Below are positions 27,564 through 36,401 of a DNA stretch of 64,000 nt, one piece after another. A program made the translations under genes and the position numbers. The notes under the pieces were generated by a model. It saw nothing but the letters and a program-made list of their open reading frames with translations, had not been told where the DNA came from and did not search any database. The DNA is taken from contig OZ244565.1 in NCBI GenBank assembly GCA_965217745.1, positions 5,075,281 through 5,139,280 of the forward strand, read 5' to 3'. The stretch is from Bryobacteraceae bacterium (GTDB lineage: Bacteria > Acidobacteriota > Terriglobia > Bryobacterales > Bryobacteraceae). How positions within the stretch are numbered: the first letter of the stretch is position 1; each line of letters starts with the position of its first letter.

Positions 27564-30500
27564 CTAAGCCGAGGCCTTAAGCCTTCCTTCCGCTTGACGT
27601 TCAAGCAGTGCTTCCCACCATTGAGCGAGGAAGACGGCGGCAAAAATCAGGAACAAGGGAAGAATCCAGAGATGGAAGCGCAGCCAGCCGTAAACAGCGG
27701 CTCGCGAGGCGAGATTCCCGAGCGCGTATGAGGCGGGTGACAGCTTCAGCGATTTAAAATGTTCGCTATCGCTGAAAGTGATGCCGCCGTTAATTGCGCC
27801 TTCACGCGAGGCCTTGGTTAAGGCATCGAAGTAGGCTTCGTTATCCGTTTCTGAGCGGGTAGCGACAACCACCACCGAACGATCGGAGCGGTAAGGGCTC
27901 TTGAACTGCTCGATCATGAAGTGCAGCGAGGATTCGCGCTCCATCAGCTGATTGAGCTGGGCAATTTCTTCGCGGCGGCCGAGCCAGGCGCGTGAAATCC
28001 ATTCCCGTGGGGACAGCGAAAGTTCGCCGAGTTCGAACTTGCCGTTGGTGGGGAACACGACCATGGAGCGCTGGAAGGGCCGGACAGTCTCGTCATCGTC
28101 GGCGCCCGCGATGACCAGGATATTGTTGCTAGTACCGGCGCGCAGGTTCTTTACGTTGACCAGGCTGAAGCGGGTTCCAATGACCTGGGATTGCGCGCTC
28201 AGGAAGCTGACGGCATCCAGATAAAGACCGATCTGCGCGCCGGTGGGATAGTCGGGCAGCACCACGGTGGTCTCCGCCAGATCGGGCCGGGCGGTGAACG
28301 GGAAGCCGGAAGCGGCAAACAAGTCGAGCCGGGGCATCTGCACGAAATGAGTGGGATTGCCGAGATCGAGATTGGTTCCGGAAAGCACCTGGAAATCGAC
28401 CGCGCGCGGATCGCTGACAACGGTGTCGGAACGATCGGTGGACAATTCTACCTCGAGGGTGTTGCTGGAATAGAGCAGCGCGACGGGAATGGCGAAACTC
28501 TGTTCGCGCGCGCTTCCGGTGTCGGCGGCAGTCAATTTGCGCTTGGTTACGAAGACGTTGTTCAAGCGAATGGAAACCCAGAGGCGGTCGTCGAGGGCGA
28601 GACCGGAGAGCCGGAAGGCCAGGTGCAGCGGCACCGTGATGGCGCTGCCGTAGTCGAGATCGGGGGCGATGCGGAAATACAGCTTTCCAGGCGCGCCGAG
28701 ACGCGAATGAAGCAGGTTGTCGGTGACGTTCTGCATCAGCCGTATAGGCTGGCTGGCATCCGCCCATTTTGCCTTCTGGACTACCGCGGGAGTCTCGTCG
28801 GCGAGCATGTCGGCGTTGACGACCAGCCGGTCGGCATCGGTATGGAGACGGGTACCAGAGAGCAGGGATGCGAGTTTCGGAAGAGCATCGCTAGAAGGAG
28901 CGACGATTGCCAGAACCTTGCCAAAGCGATCGGACGGATTGTCACAGATGGCGACCTGCGAAACTCCGGTGGTTAGACCGAGGCTGGCGGCCAGAGGCGT
29001 ATCCGAATGAGCGATGAAGATAACGTTGCCTTTCGGGAACTGGCCAAAAGAAGTGATGTAGTGGCTGCCGCGATGGGCGGTGAGGGAGCCGTACCAGGAG
29101 GCCACCACGCCTGCGGCCTTCAAGGTGGGAAGGTCAGGCTGCGCTTCAAAGACAAAGGGCAGTTCCACGGAGCGCTGCAGCGAAGGATCGAAGAACGGCG
29201 AGGGCAGCATGGAGAGCCGGTTGGGAAGACTCAGGACCAGGCCCGAGGTTTGGAGCTCGCTGATAGGCTCGATGCGGATCCATTCCGAAATAGGCTTGCC
29301 TGGCTTTTCGCAAGGCGTGGGACATTGACGCCGGAATTCGAACGCTAGAGAATTGTCGTGCACCAGCAGGTCAGACGGAATCACCACATGCGCGGGGGCA
29401 GCGGTGGAAGCGGATTTGGCGACCGGCACGGCCGCGATCTCGACGTTGTTGAGCGAGACCGCGAGTTCCAGGCTTTCGTTGGTGCGGACTTCACCGCTTC
29501 GATAGGTGATGGCGAGGTCGGAAGACTCGACGATTTTGGTGCCCAAAAGTGTGAAGTTGAGGGCCGCTTTAGAGTGCTCGGCATTCAGCGTGATAGGGGC
29601 ACGGACACCGAGATCGATTAAGGTCTGGCGTTCGCTGAAGGTGGCTTCAGAAGTCTTGCGGGCGGCGGGCTTCTCAGGAAGCCCGGGTTGGGCCTGAAGA
29701 TGGGATGAAGAGCCGAGCAAGGCAGCCAGGAGCAGGACCGGCAAAGCGGCCTTGGGCAGAGTGTTGCTCTTGGTATTGCCCTTGCCTTTTGAAACTTTGG
29801 ATTCGCGCTTGATGAGCGAACTGGGCAGCATCCAGACGCCGTGCGCGCCGATGCTGAAGACATGGAACAAGCTGCTGAGGATGCGGTCGCGACGCTGGTC
29901 TTTGTTCCAATCGATCCAGGAATCGGCGCGGGCGTAGACCAGTTTGGTGATGTCGCGCTGGTGCTTGAGGGTACTGGAGAGAAAGCGTAGGTGAATGCGA
30001 TTCTGATTGGTCCGGACAGTCTCGACGGCGAACCGGAATTCTTCAACTCCGGCAACAATCTTGACCAGTCCGCGGCGGCCACTGGCGGAAGACATAGCGG
30101 ACTCTCCACGGAGAGCTACACCGCCTTCAGAGAGGTCGATGACGCTGCAAGCCTGCTCGATGCCGCCGTTAAGCGACAAGATGGCATTCAGGCTGGCTTC
30201 GACACGGGCGGCGGAACGCTGCTGCTTGTTCTCGAACGAAACGGCGGTGCATGCGCCGAGCATAAGAGTGTTGATGCCGGCCCAGATGACGTTGATGAGC
30301 AGCACTCCCGAGGGGTCTCCGGAGGTGAAGTACCGCGGGATGGCCGAGAAGATGGCGATGACATTCAGCGCGATCAGGAAGACGTAGGGCCGGGCGATTT
30401 TCCAATCGAAGTAGCTTTCGTCGACCACGCTGCTCTTGGCTGTCACGTTGAACTTGCCCCACTTGGGATTGATCAGGGCGAAGGTGGTGGGCAGGAGAAT

Positions 30501-31922
30501 GTAGGGCGCCAGCACCATTTCGTAGACTTCGTTCCAGAAGGAGTGCCGGTGGTCGCCCTGGGAGCGGGAGTTCACCATATTGGAGAGCACCAGGTGAGGC
30601 GCGGCATAGGCGAGAATTTCCCAGATGAATCCATAGAGATTGCTTCGGCCCAGCAGCAGGTAAACCAGCGGAGCGCTGACGAAGATAAGCCGCGGGATGG
30701 CGTACAGGTAGTGGAGAACGCAATTGAGGTAGCAGATGCGCTGCGATAAGTTGAGGCCGGAAACGAATAAGGGGCATTCGGTACGCAGGATTTGCACCAT
30801 GCCGCGGGCCCAACGGATGCGTTGCCCAACGTGCGCCGCAAGGCTTCCGGTAGCGAGACCGGCGGCCTGGGGAATTCCGATATAGGCAGTGTTCCAGCCG
30901 AGACGCTGGAGACGAAGCGCGGTGTGGGCGTCTTCGGTAACTGTTTCGACGGCAATGCCGCCAATCTGTTCCAGCGCATCACGCTTGATGACCGCGCAGG
31001 AGCCGCAGAAGAAGGTGGCATTCCAGAGATCGTTGCCATCCTGCACGATGCCGTAGAACAGCGCGCCTTCGTTGGGGATTTTGCGGAACAGGTTCAGGTT
31101 GCGCTCGAAGGGATCGGGCGAGTAGAAGTGGTGAGGCGTCTGCACCAGGGCGAGCTTCGGATCTTTTCCGAACCAGCCCATGGTGAGCTGCAGAAATGAG
31201 CGGGTGGCGATGTGGTCGCAATCGAAGATGGCGATGTATTCACCGGAAGTCTTTTTGAGAGCGGCGTTGATGTTGCCGGCTTTCGCGTGCGCGTTGTCGG
31301 TGCGGGTAAGATAGCCTGCGCCGCACTCTTCGGCGAAGCGCCGGAACTCTTCGCGGCGTCCGTCGTCGAGAATGAAGAGGTTGACGCGGTCATGCGGCCA
31401 GTCCATTTCCATGGCGGCGAGGACGGTGGGCCGGACCACTTCGAGGGATTCATTGTATGTGGGAATGAAGACGTCGACGGACGGCCAGGTATCAATATCC
31501 GCGGGCATGGGAACAGGCTTGCGGCGGAGCGGACGCGAGCTTTGAAAGTAGCCGAGCAGCAGGATGATAACCGAATAGGTTTCGGCGGACAACAGCATCA
31601 AAGCGAAGATGAGGCCGATGAGATCGACGTGCCAGCCGGAGTTATTCAGATAAGTGATGGAACTGGACCAACGCCAGATGGCGTAGCGCATGGTGCAAAA
31701 GACGGAGATGATGGTCAACACTGACGTGACGTAGCGGGACGAGCTGAAGCGGCCGATGGTGACGCAGCACGCAATGATTAACCCGCTGAAAATTGCCTGA
31801 TCGATCCACGACAGCGGCATGCGGATGAGGAACACCAGGGCCACCAGCAAGGGCAGCAGAACGGCTGACCAAGCCAGACGTCGAGAAAGGGGAGATTTCG
31901 GGATACCGGGACTTAAGAGCAC
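27564..31922 (-). CDS. bcsA: Cellulose synthase catalytic subunit fused to the BcsB periplasmic subunit (BcsA-BcsB single polypeptide)
   Basis: 1452 aa. GT2 motifs: VFIPTYNES, FILDDG, AIFDCDH, QTPHHF, TVTEDAHT and QRIRWARG (QxxRW). PilZ motifs: RSAAR (RxxxR) and DLSEGG (DxSxxG). A Lys-rich linker and TM (residues about 706-745) follow, then a BcsB-like region of about 700 aa with a C-terminal TM anchor. Confidence 0.93.
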   Translation of the reverse strand: MLLSPGIPKSPLSRRLAWSAVLLPLLVALVFLIRMPLSWIDQAIFSGLIIACCVTIGRFSSSRYVTSVLTIISVFCTMRYAIWRWSSSITYLNNSGWHVDLIGLIFALMLLSAETYSVIILLLGYFQSSRPLRRKPVPMPADIDTWPSVDVFIPTYNESLEVVRPTVLAAMEMDWPHDRVNLFILDDGRREEFRRFAEECGAGYLTRTDNAHAKAGNINAALKKTSGEYIAIFDCDHIATRSFLQLTMGWFGKDPKLALVQTPHHFYSPDPFERNLNLFRKIPNEGALFYGIVQDGNDLWNATFFCGSCAVIKRDALEQIGGIAVETVTEDAHTALRLQRLGWNTAYIGIPQAAGLATGSLAAHVGQRIRWARGMVQILRTECPLFVSGLNLSQRICYLNCVLHYLYAIPRLIFVSAPLVYLLLGRSNLYGFIWEILAYAAPHLVLSNMVNSRSQGDHRHSFWNEVYEMVLAPYILLPTTFALINPKWGKFNVTAKSSVVDESYFDWKIARPYVFLIALNVIAIFSAIPRYFTSGDPSGVLLINVIWAGINTLMLGACTAVSFENKQQRSAARVEASLNAILSLNGGIEQACSVIDLSEGGVALRGESAMSSASGRRGLVKIVAGVEEFRFAVETVRTNQNRIHLRFLSSTLKHQRDITKLVYARADSWIDWNKDQRRDRILSSLFHVFSIGAHGVWMLPSSLIKRESKVSKGKGNTKSNTLPKAALPVLLLAALLGSSSHLQAQPGLPEKPAARKTSEATFSERQTLIDLGVRAPITLNAEHSKAALNFTLLGTKIVESSDLAITYRSGEVRTNESLELAVSLNNVEIAAVPVAKSASTAAPAHVVIPSDLLVHDNSLAFEFRRQCPTPCEKPGKPISEWIRIEPISELQTSGLVLSLPNRLSMLPSPFFDPSLQRSVELPFVFEAQPDLPTLKAAGVVASWYGSLTAHRGSHYITSFGQFPKGNVIFIAHSDTPLAASLGLTTGVSQVAICDNPSDRFGKVLAIVAPSSDALPKLASLLSGTRLHTDADRLVVNADMLADETPAVVQKAKWADASQPIRLMQNVTDNLLHSRLGAPGKLYFRIAPDLDYGSAITVPLHLAFRLSGLALDDRLWVSIRLNNVFVTKRKLTAADTGSAREQSFAIPVALLYSSNTLEVELSTDRSDTVVSDPRAVDFQVLSGTNLDLGNPTHFVQMPRLDLFAASGFPFTARPDLAETTVVLPDYPTGAQIGLYLDAVSFLSAQSQVIGTRFSLVNVKNLRAGTSNNILVIAGADDDETVRPFQRSMVVFPTNGKFELGELSLSPREWISRAWLGRREEIAQLNQLMERESSLHFMIEQFKSPYRSDRSVVVVATRSETDNEAYFDALTKASREGAINGGITFSDSEHFKSLKLSPASYALGNLASRAAVYGWLRFHLWILPLFLIFAAVFLAQWWEALLERQAEGRLKASA

Positions 31923-33058
31923 AGAGCTAATCCTTCAGACTGAGTTTGGTGGGCAAGGCTGGCGGAGTTGGAGCTGGAGTTTTGCGCGAAACGGCGGACG
32001 CAGCCGGCAAGCCGCATGAAGTCTCCGGCCGCGTCGGAGTGCGGCGCCCAATCGACCACAGTTGCGCCTTCGGCGAGCGCTTCCGGCACTGAGTAGCAGT
32101 TGTCGATGGTAACGACCTCGGTGAAACGCTCTTCATACCAGCAGCGCAGCTCCTGATGAAGCGCCAAGCTGTTGTCGAAACGGTTTAGAACACAGATGGC
32201 GCCGGCCTCGGTCTGAGCGCCGGTCCATTGCGCCATCAGGCGCTGAATACCGATGACTGAGCCGACATCCGGGATGGCCACGTAAATCTTTACGCCTTCG
32301 GTTTGGCGCAGATCTTCGCGCGCCGAGTCAAAAATGACGTGCTCGAACTCATGAGCAAAATGCCGGGCGAGCTTTTCGAGCGGGCTCAGCGCTTCGGCGG
32401 AAACGATGGATTCGAGATTGGCGCAGGCGTCGGGGGACAGAAAGCGGATGGAGGGCTGGAGGACGGAATGCAATCCAGCGAACCGATGTTGATTGGTGGC
32501 AATCTGCTGGTTGCCGAAGTAGACCGGAAGGAGCGAATCGGGCGCGGTGTCGTAAAGGCCGCAGCGGCCGCCGTCCTTCGTCAACTGGCGAGCCAGGGTG
32601 GCGGCGATGGTGGTGACGCCAACGCCGCCGGCGGCTCCCACGATGCTGACCGCAACCGCGCGGCTGACGTTGCCGGTGGAATTCTCGCGAGAGGCCCGGA
32701 GAGTGCGCCCGAGGCTGTTCAGAGCCGAAGGCGGAGGGGTTCTTAACGATGTGTCCGGGCGGGACATTAATCTGGGGTGTGTCAACATGGGGCGCGCCGG
32801 CTCCGGCTCAGGCAGAAACGTGGCGGAGATTTCGACTTCCGCCTCGCTGACAGGGGCGTTTTCGATCTGATCGCTATCCAGCAGGTCGGCGGAGCTTTCG
32901 AGCGCAAGATTTTCGCGCTGGAAGACGCGGTATTGCGAGATATCCAAATCGAACTGCGAAAAGAGCGCAAAGATGTCGTCGGGTGCTTGGGTTTCGGGCA
33001 TTTCCCTCATCGGTTTCTCTGGGTAACAGGGTGAGGGCCTGTTGGGAGGTCCTCGCAT
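31913..33058 (-). CDS. bcsQ: BcsQ (YhjQ)-like ParA/MinD-fold protein with an N-terminal extension of about 130 aa
   Basis: Residues about 133-381 carry VAVSIVGAAGGVGVTTIAATLARQL. This is the lysine-less GGVGxTT P-loop I recall from E. coli BcsQ. The gene overlaps the bcsAB start by 10 nt. The true start may be M17 or M20 (33010/33001). Confidence 0.8.
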   Translation of the reverse strand: MRGPPNRPSPCYPEKPMREMPETQAPDDIFALFSQFDLDISQYRVFQRENLALESSADLLDSDQIENAPVSEAEVEISATFLPEPEPARPMLTHPRLMSRPDTSLRTPPPSALNSLGRTLRASRENSTGNVSRAVAVSIVGAAGGVGVTTIAATLARQLTKDGGRCGLYDTAPDSLLPVYFGNQQIATNQHRFAGLHSVLQPSIRFLSPDACANLESIVSAEALSPLEKLARHFAHEFEHVIFDSAREDLRQTEGVKIYVAIPDVGSVIGIQRLMAQWTGAQTEAGAICVLNRFDNSLALHQELRCWYEERFTEVVTIDNCYSVPEALAEGATVVDWAPHSDAAGDFMRLAGCVRRFAQNSSSNSASLAHQTQSEGLALCS

Positions 33059-33231
33059 TAGTAGTTGGAGAAGGTGGGGATTTCTTGCGCCCGGGTTATA
33101 TAAGAATTCCCTGAGGGGAGTGTGGGCCGGGGAGAGGGGCCGGCGGCTGGGAACGGGTCGTGAGCGGAAGCAACACTTTACGGCAGACGCCTATCGACGA
33201 TCAGTGGATTAGGCTGTGCAAGCTGGGTCTG

Positions 33232-33684
33232 GGCCGTGCGCCGCCATTTAATGCAGCGATGGGAAGACGTGTTACACGACGGCAGTTCAGTTTATCGGCA
33301 AGCGCGATAGCAGCGTCACCTCAAACGCGGACAAATGAAAGGCCGGGCGAAGAGAATCACCCCATGGACACCCGCCTTCCTGATGCGGATCTCGATCCGG
33401 TGCGTTGGATTCTGGAACGCTACAAGTCAGCGCCTCTTCGGCTTACTTTTGAAACCACAAATCGAGCGGAAGCAGAACGATGGCAGCAGGAACTCCGCGC
33501 CAAGTTGACCGGCTTACTGGGCGGGTTTCCGCAAAGAAGCGCTCTCAACTCTAGCGTTATCTCGACGGCAGAATTTCCAAGCTATCGCCGCGAGCAAGGA
33601 TCTTCTATAGCCGGCCCGGTTTGGCCGTGCTGGCTTATCTTCTGCTTCCCCAAAGCACCGAAGCGGAAAGCCCGGTTATCAGCA
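33232..33684. repeat. Direct repeat copy 1 (decayed) of the 5' end of the hydrolase gene at 39017
   Basis: It aligns by eye with 38988-39531, from about 27-29 nt upstream of the ATG. Copy 1 carries a 1-nt deletion, a compensating 1-nt insertion and a deletion of about 90 nt between two CGAAGCGG microhomologies. Confidence 0.85.
33259..33684 (+). pseudogene. Truncated, frameshifted 5' duplicate of the Tat-exported alpha/beta hydrolase
   Basis: MGRRVTRRQFSLSASAIAAS..RAEAERWQQELRAKLTGLLGGFPQRSAL is near-identical to the start of the 382-aa protein at 39017. The frame is lost after YRREQ, and similarity ends at about 33684. Confidence 0.8.
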
Positions 33685-33805
33685 ATTGGGCTTCGACGAT
33701 CCGGGAAGTGCATCGCTGCTCAAACGTTTTTTCCTCAAACAGAGGGAAAGAAACCTGGCTGGATCGGCTTGGCTAACTTCCCACGTTAGGACGCCATCGC
33801 AGGTT

Positions 33806-34477
33806 CTAGTTCGGGGAGATTGGAATTTTTTCGTTTACAAGATTGTAGTCGGCCGGAACAGCGAAAATGCCCGGATCCGGATCGGTCACAGTGATTTTGC
33901 TAAACGCCCTGCGGGTTGTGTGGTCCGGGCCTTTGCTCTCTGAGAATACTTGCAAACGGATGTCGGGAGCCATCCACACCTCTACACCCTGAAGCCTCGC
34001 ATTCGATCCTGGCGGCGGAGAGATGGTCAGCTTCTGAATCGGATGACCTTCGAAACTGCCCGCTGAACTTTGAGAGGCCTTGTAACCCCCACCTGCAACT
34101 GGCCTGTCCGCACTGCGCGGCACCTGCCGCGCTACCGCGGGCCTGGCCGGCCTCTCGATCTGACGGATGCTTTTTTCCTTTTACTGTCGATTCAAAGAAG
34201 TGATCACGCCAGCCCCCGGATCGATGATGACCGAGATAGGGCCCATATCCTCGCGGATTTTTCCATCCCGGCTACGATAGTAATGTCCTGCTTGGACTTT
34301 TTCGACGCCGGCGATGGTCGTTGTCACAGTAATCTCGGCATTAATCGGCGGTACGGGAGGCATAGCCGGCCGCCCATCGTGAATTCCAACCGGGGGCCGT
34401 GATAGGTCGGCAGCGTTCCCCAGAGAAGCACCAGCCATCAAGAGAAGCGGCAAGAAAATCGAATGGAGCTTAAACAT
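33806..34477 (-). pseudogene. Secreted hypothetical protein interrupted by an in-frame TAA
   Basis: ORFs 34181-34477 (signal peptide MFKLHSIFLPLLLMAGASLGNA) and 33806-34123 (GTG 'start') are in the same frame: 34477-34123 = 354. They are separated by TAA at 34181-34183 plus 19 sense codons. Confidence 0.5.
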
Positions 34478-34516
34478 ATGTTCCTTTCTGAGATCAAATA
34501 AACCTTGACGGACTTT

Positions 34517-35458
34517 TTACCTAACTATGAAACCGTGGCTATCGCGGACATGACTCGCGTAGCCGCCTGCAGTTGCAACCTGAGCTCCGGGATAATGTTT
34601 CTGCGCTTCGGAGCCTAGCTCGACGCGATTGATCTGTGCCTGGTCCGATGCGCCTTCGGGCAGCTTGTAATAAAGACTGTACCGGCTACGGATCCGCTGC
34701 AATATGAGTGGCAGATCTGTTTGAAGGTCGGTCGAGCGGATCCAGTCGCCGCCGGTCTTCTCGACTATGTTCTTGATTCCTCCTCCAGCACCGCCCAGTA
34801 GTTGTGCAAGGCTAGACCGTTTGCTTACGACGATGCCATTCAGAGAGGCATCCTGTTCTCTCAATTCCTGGATAGCGGCCTTTTCCTGATGGCTGGGACG
34901 GCCAAAATTATCGGTAACGATGAGCACCGCTCGGCGACGGCGGTCTTCCGTTTCAGGCCAACGAAGATGTTTGGCTGCGTTGACAACCGCGGCTTGGATG
35001 CGCGTGCCCCCGTTGAACGGCCGCGACACGATACGCTTCAGACATTGCTCGACTGAAATTAGATCCTCTGTAGGCCAGAGCACAAGTTGGGAATCGTCGT
35101 CGAAAATCATGATGGAGACTCGATCCCTGGCCCTGAGCAACCCGAATGTCTTGTTTGCCGCAGCACTGACCTGTTGAAGTCTTCGCCGCATGCTTCCACT
35201 CGTATCTAGTAAGAGAAGCAAATCGAGAGATTGTTCCTCCGAGAAGAACAAATCTATTTCGTGCTTTTCCCCGTCTCGAAAGATCGTGAAATCCTCTCTT
35301 CGCAGTCCTCCCAGAATCCGGCCATTCCCGGCGGTCACCTCTGCCTCGAGATGGACTAATGCCGTTTCGGCGCGGAATACCGGTCCATCTTGAGAATAAA
35401 GAGACCATGCCAGCCAGATCGCCATGGCTCCAAGTCCTGCCAGCCTCTGGTTTCGCAT
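34517..35458 (-). CDS. VWA domain protein (VWFA-related acidobacterial type)
   Basis: 313 aa with a signal peptide. VFRAETALVHLEAEVT..GGLRREDFTIFRDGEKHEI is followed by the MIDAS motif LLLLDTSGSM. Confidence 0.85.
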   Translation of the reverse strand: MRNQRLAGLGAMAIWLAWSLYSQDGPVFRAETALVHLEAEVTAGNGRILGGLRREDFTIFRDGEKHEIDLFFSEEQSLDLLLLLDTSGSMRRRLQQVSAAANKTFGLLRARDRVSIMIFDDDSQLVLWPTEDLISVEQCLKRIVSRPFNGGTRIQAAVVNAAKHLRWPETEDRRRRAVLIVTDNFGRPSHQEKAAIQELREQDASLNGIVVSKRSSLAQLLGGAGGGIKNIVEKTGGDWIRSTDLQTDLPLILQRIRSRYSLYYKLPEGASDQAQINRVELGSEAQKHYPGAQVATAGGYASHVRDSHGFIVR

Positions 35459-35485
35459 GCCTGCTCCTTCGTAGAATCAGCCGTC

Positions 35486-36058
35486 TTACTGCGGAAGGCC
35501 GCAACCGGTCTTGATGCTGTTATTCCACACAGGCACTGTGTGCAAATCGGAATGGCTTTCCGACCCCAGCATGACATTCGTGGCGTAATAGGCTAACTTT
35601 GCGCTGAACCACCAAAAGGAAGCGTCCGCCTCGTAAAAAGCCACTTGTGCCGCATCATATGCTGCGTCGTCCCAAAAATTGTTGTACAGATCGATGGCCT
35701 CCTGCTCCAGCCAAATGCTGGTGGAGCACTGATCATAGCTCCAACTGTCGATTTGATAGAGTCCCGCGCCAAGAAATTGGACATAATCTTCAAAGGAAGA
35801 AACTTGACAGTAGTTGTAAAAAATAAAGGGGTTTATGTCAGGCAGATCCCAATTCTGGGGCGTCCTCAAGTTGACAAGTTAGTTGATCGGGCGATTTATT
35901 CCATAGGATGCAAGTTTCACTACATTTCCGCCGTGACTGTGAGCAACAATGGAAAGCGGAATCGCCGGATCGAGATTCAGTCCATTTATAAAATTCTGAA
36001 AGTCGCCGCCCCCTCCAAAGATATACACATAGGGAAAGACGACGAAGGCATTTGGATT
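35486..36058 (-). pseudogene. Alpha/beta-hydrolase (lipase-like) remnant: in-frame TAA, 5' end cut by the IS3-family element
   Basis: ..FVVFPYVYIFGGGGDF..LSIVAHSHGGNVV gives a GxSxG-type elbow. TAA at 35879-35881 is followed in the same frame (36085-35869 = 216) by LVN-LRTPQNWDL.. (ORF 35486-35869, TTG 'start'). The apparent N terminus MAQFLRARS is read out of the IS inverted repeat. Confidence 0.55.
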
Positions 36059-36134
36059 TGACCTTGCCCGAAGGAACTGAGCCACTCTAAACTAGGTTTT
36101 CCGAAGCAACGAGAGTTGCGGAAGGAGAGCAAAG

Positions 36135-36401
36135 GTGAAGAACAGTCGATTTAGTGAAGAGCAGATCATCGGGATTTTAAAGCAGAGCGAAGCGGGAGCA
36201 AAGACCGGCGAGTTGTGCCGGCAACAGGGGATTAGTAGGGCGACATTTTATGGATGGCGCAGCAAGTACGGTGGACTGGAAGTGAGCGAAGCCAAGCGTC
36301 TGAAACAGCTGGAGGAAGAGAACGGAAAGCTGAAGCGGATTGTGGCCGATCAAGCTCTGGATATCACGATGTTGAAGGACCTGGTTGGAAAAAAATGGTA
36401 A
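36135..36401 (+). CDS. IS3-family transposase OrfA (HTH)
   Basis: 88 aa with a GTG start. [43 protein letters not shown] is followed by a leucine-zipper-like tail. Confidence 0.9.
   Translation: MKNSRFSEEQIIGILKQSEAGAKTGELCRQQGISRATFYGWRSKYGGLEVSEAKRLKQLEEENGKLKRIVADQALDITMLKDLVGKKW

Noticed and set aside
28191-31724. Plus-strand ORFs opposite bcsAB: 28191-28976, 29991-30749, 30792-31199 and 31212-31724. Also the minus-strand off-frame ORFs 28129-28767 and 30169-30813.
   Set aside because: The same reasoning applies. The BcsA/BcsB frame carries every expected catalytic and PilZ motif, while the alternatives are compositional artefacts.
33160-33258. Upstream extension of the ORF containing the hydrolase 5' duplicate (MSGSNTLRQTPIDDQW..).
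   Set aside because: The intact paralog starts at the ATG corresponding to 33259. The extension lies outside the duplicated segment, so it is just open frame.
33806-36085. Two separate genes in the island are each interrupted by an in-frame TAA. I considered stop-codon read-through or recoding of TAA.
   Set aside because: TAA clearly terminates complete genes in this same window: pruA at 62033-62035, the bcsQ-like gene at 31913-31915 and IS3 orfA at 36399-36401. Both cases also sit in a region with frameshifts and an IS insertion. Ordinary pseudogenisation is the simpler reading.
36254-36388. The part of the IS3 orfB frame upstream of the slippery heptamer, listed in the ORF track as the start of a 359-aa protein.
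   Set aside because: It overlaps orfA. In IS3-family elements OrfB is entered by -1 frameshifting from orfA, not by independent initiation at this upstream position.
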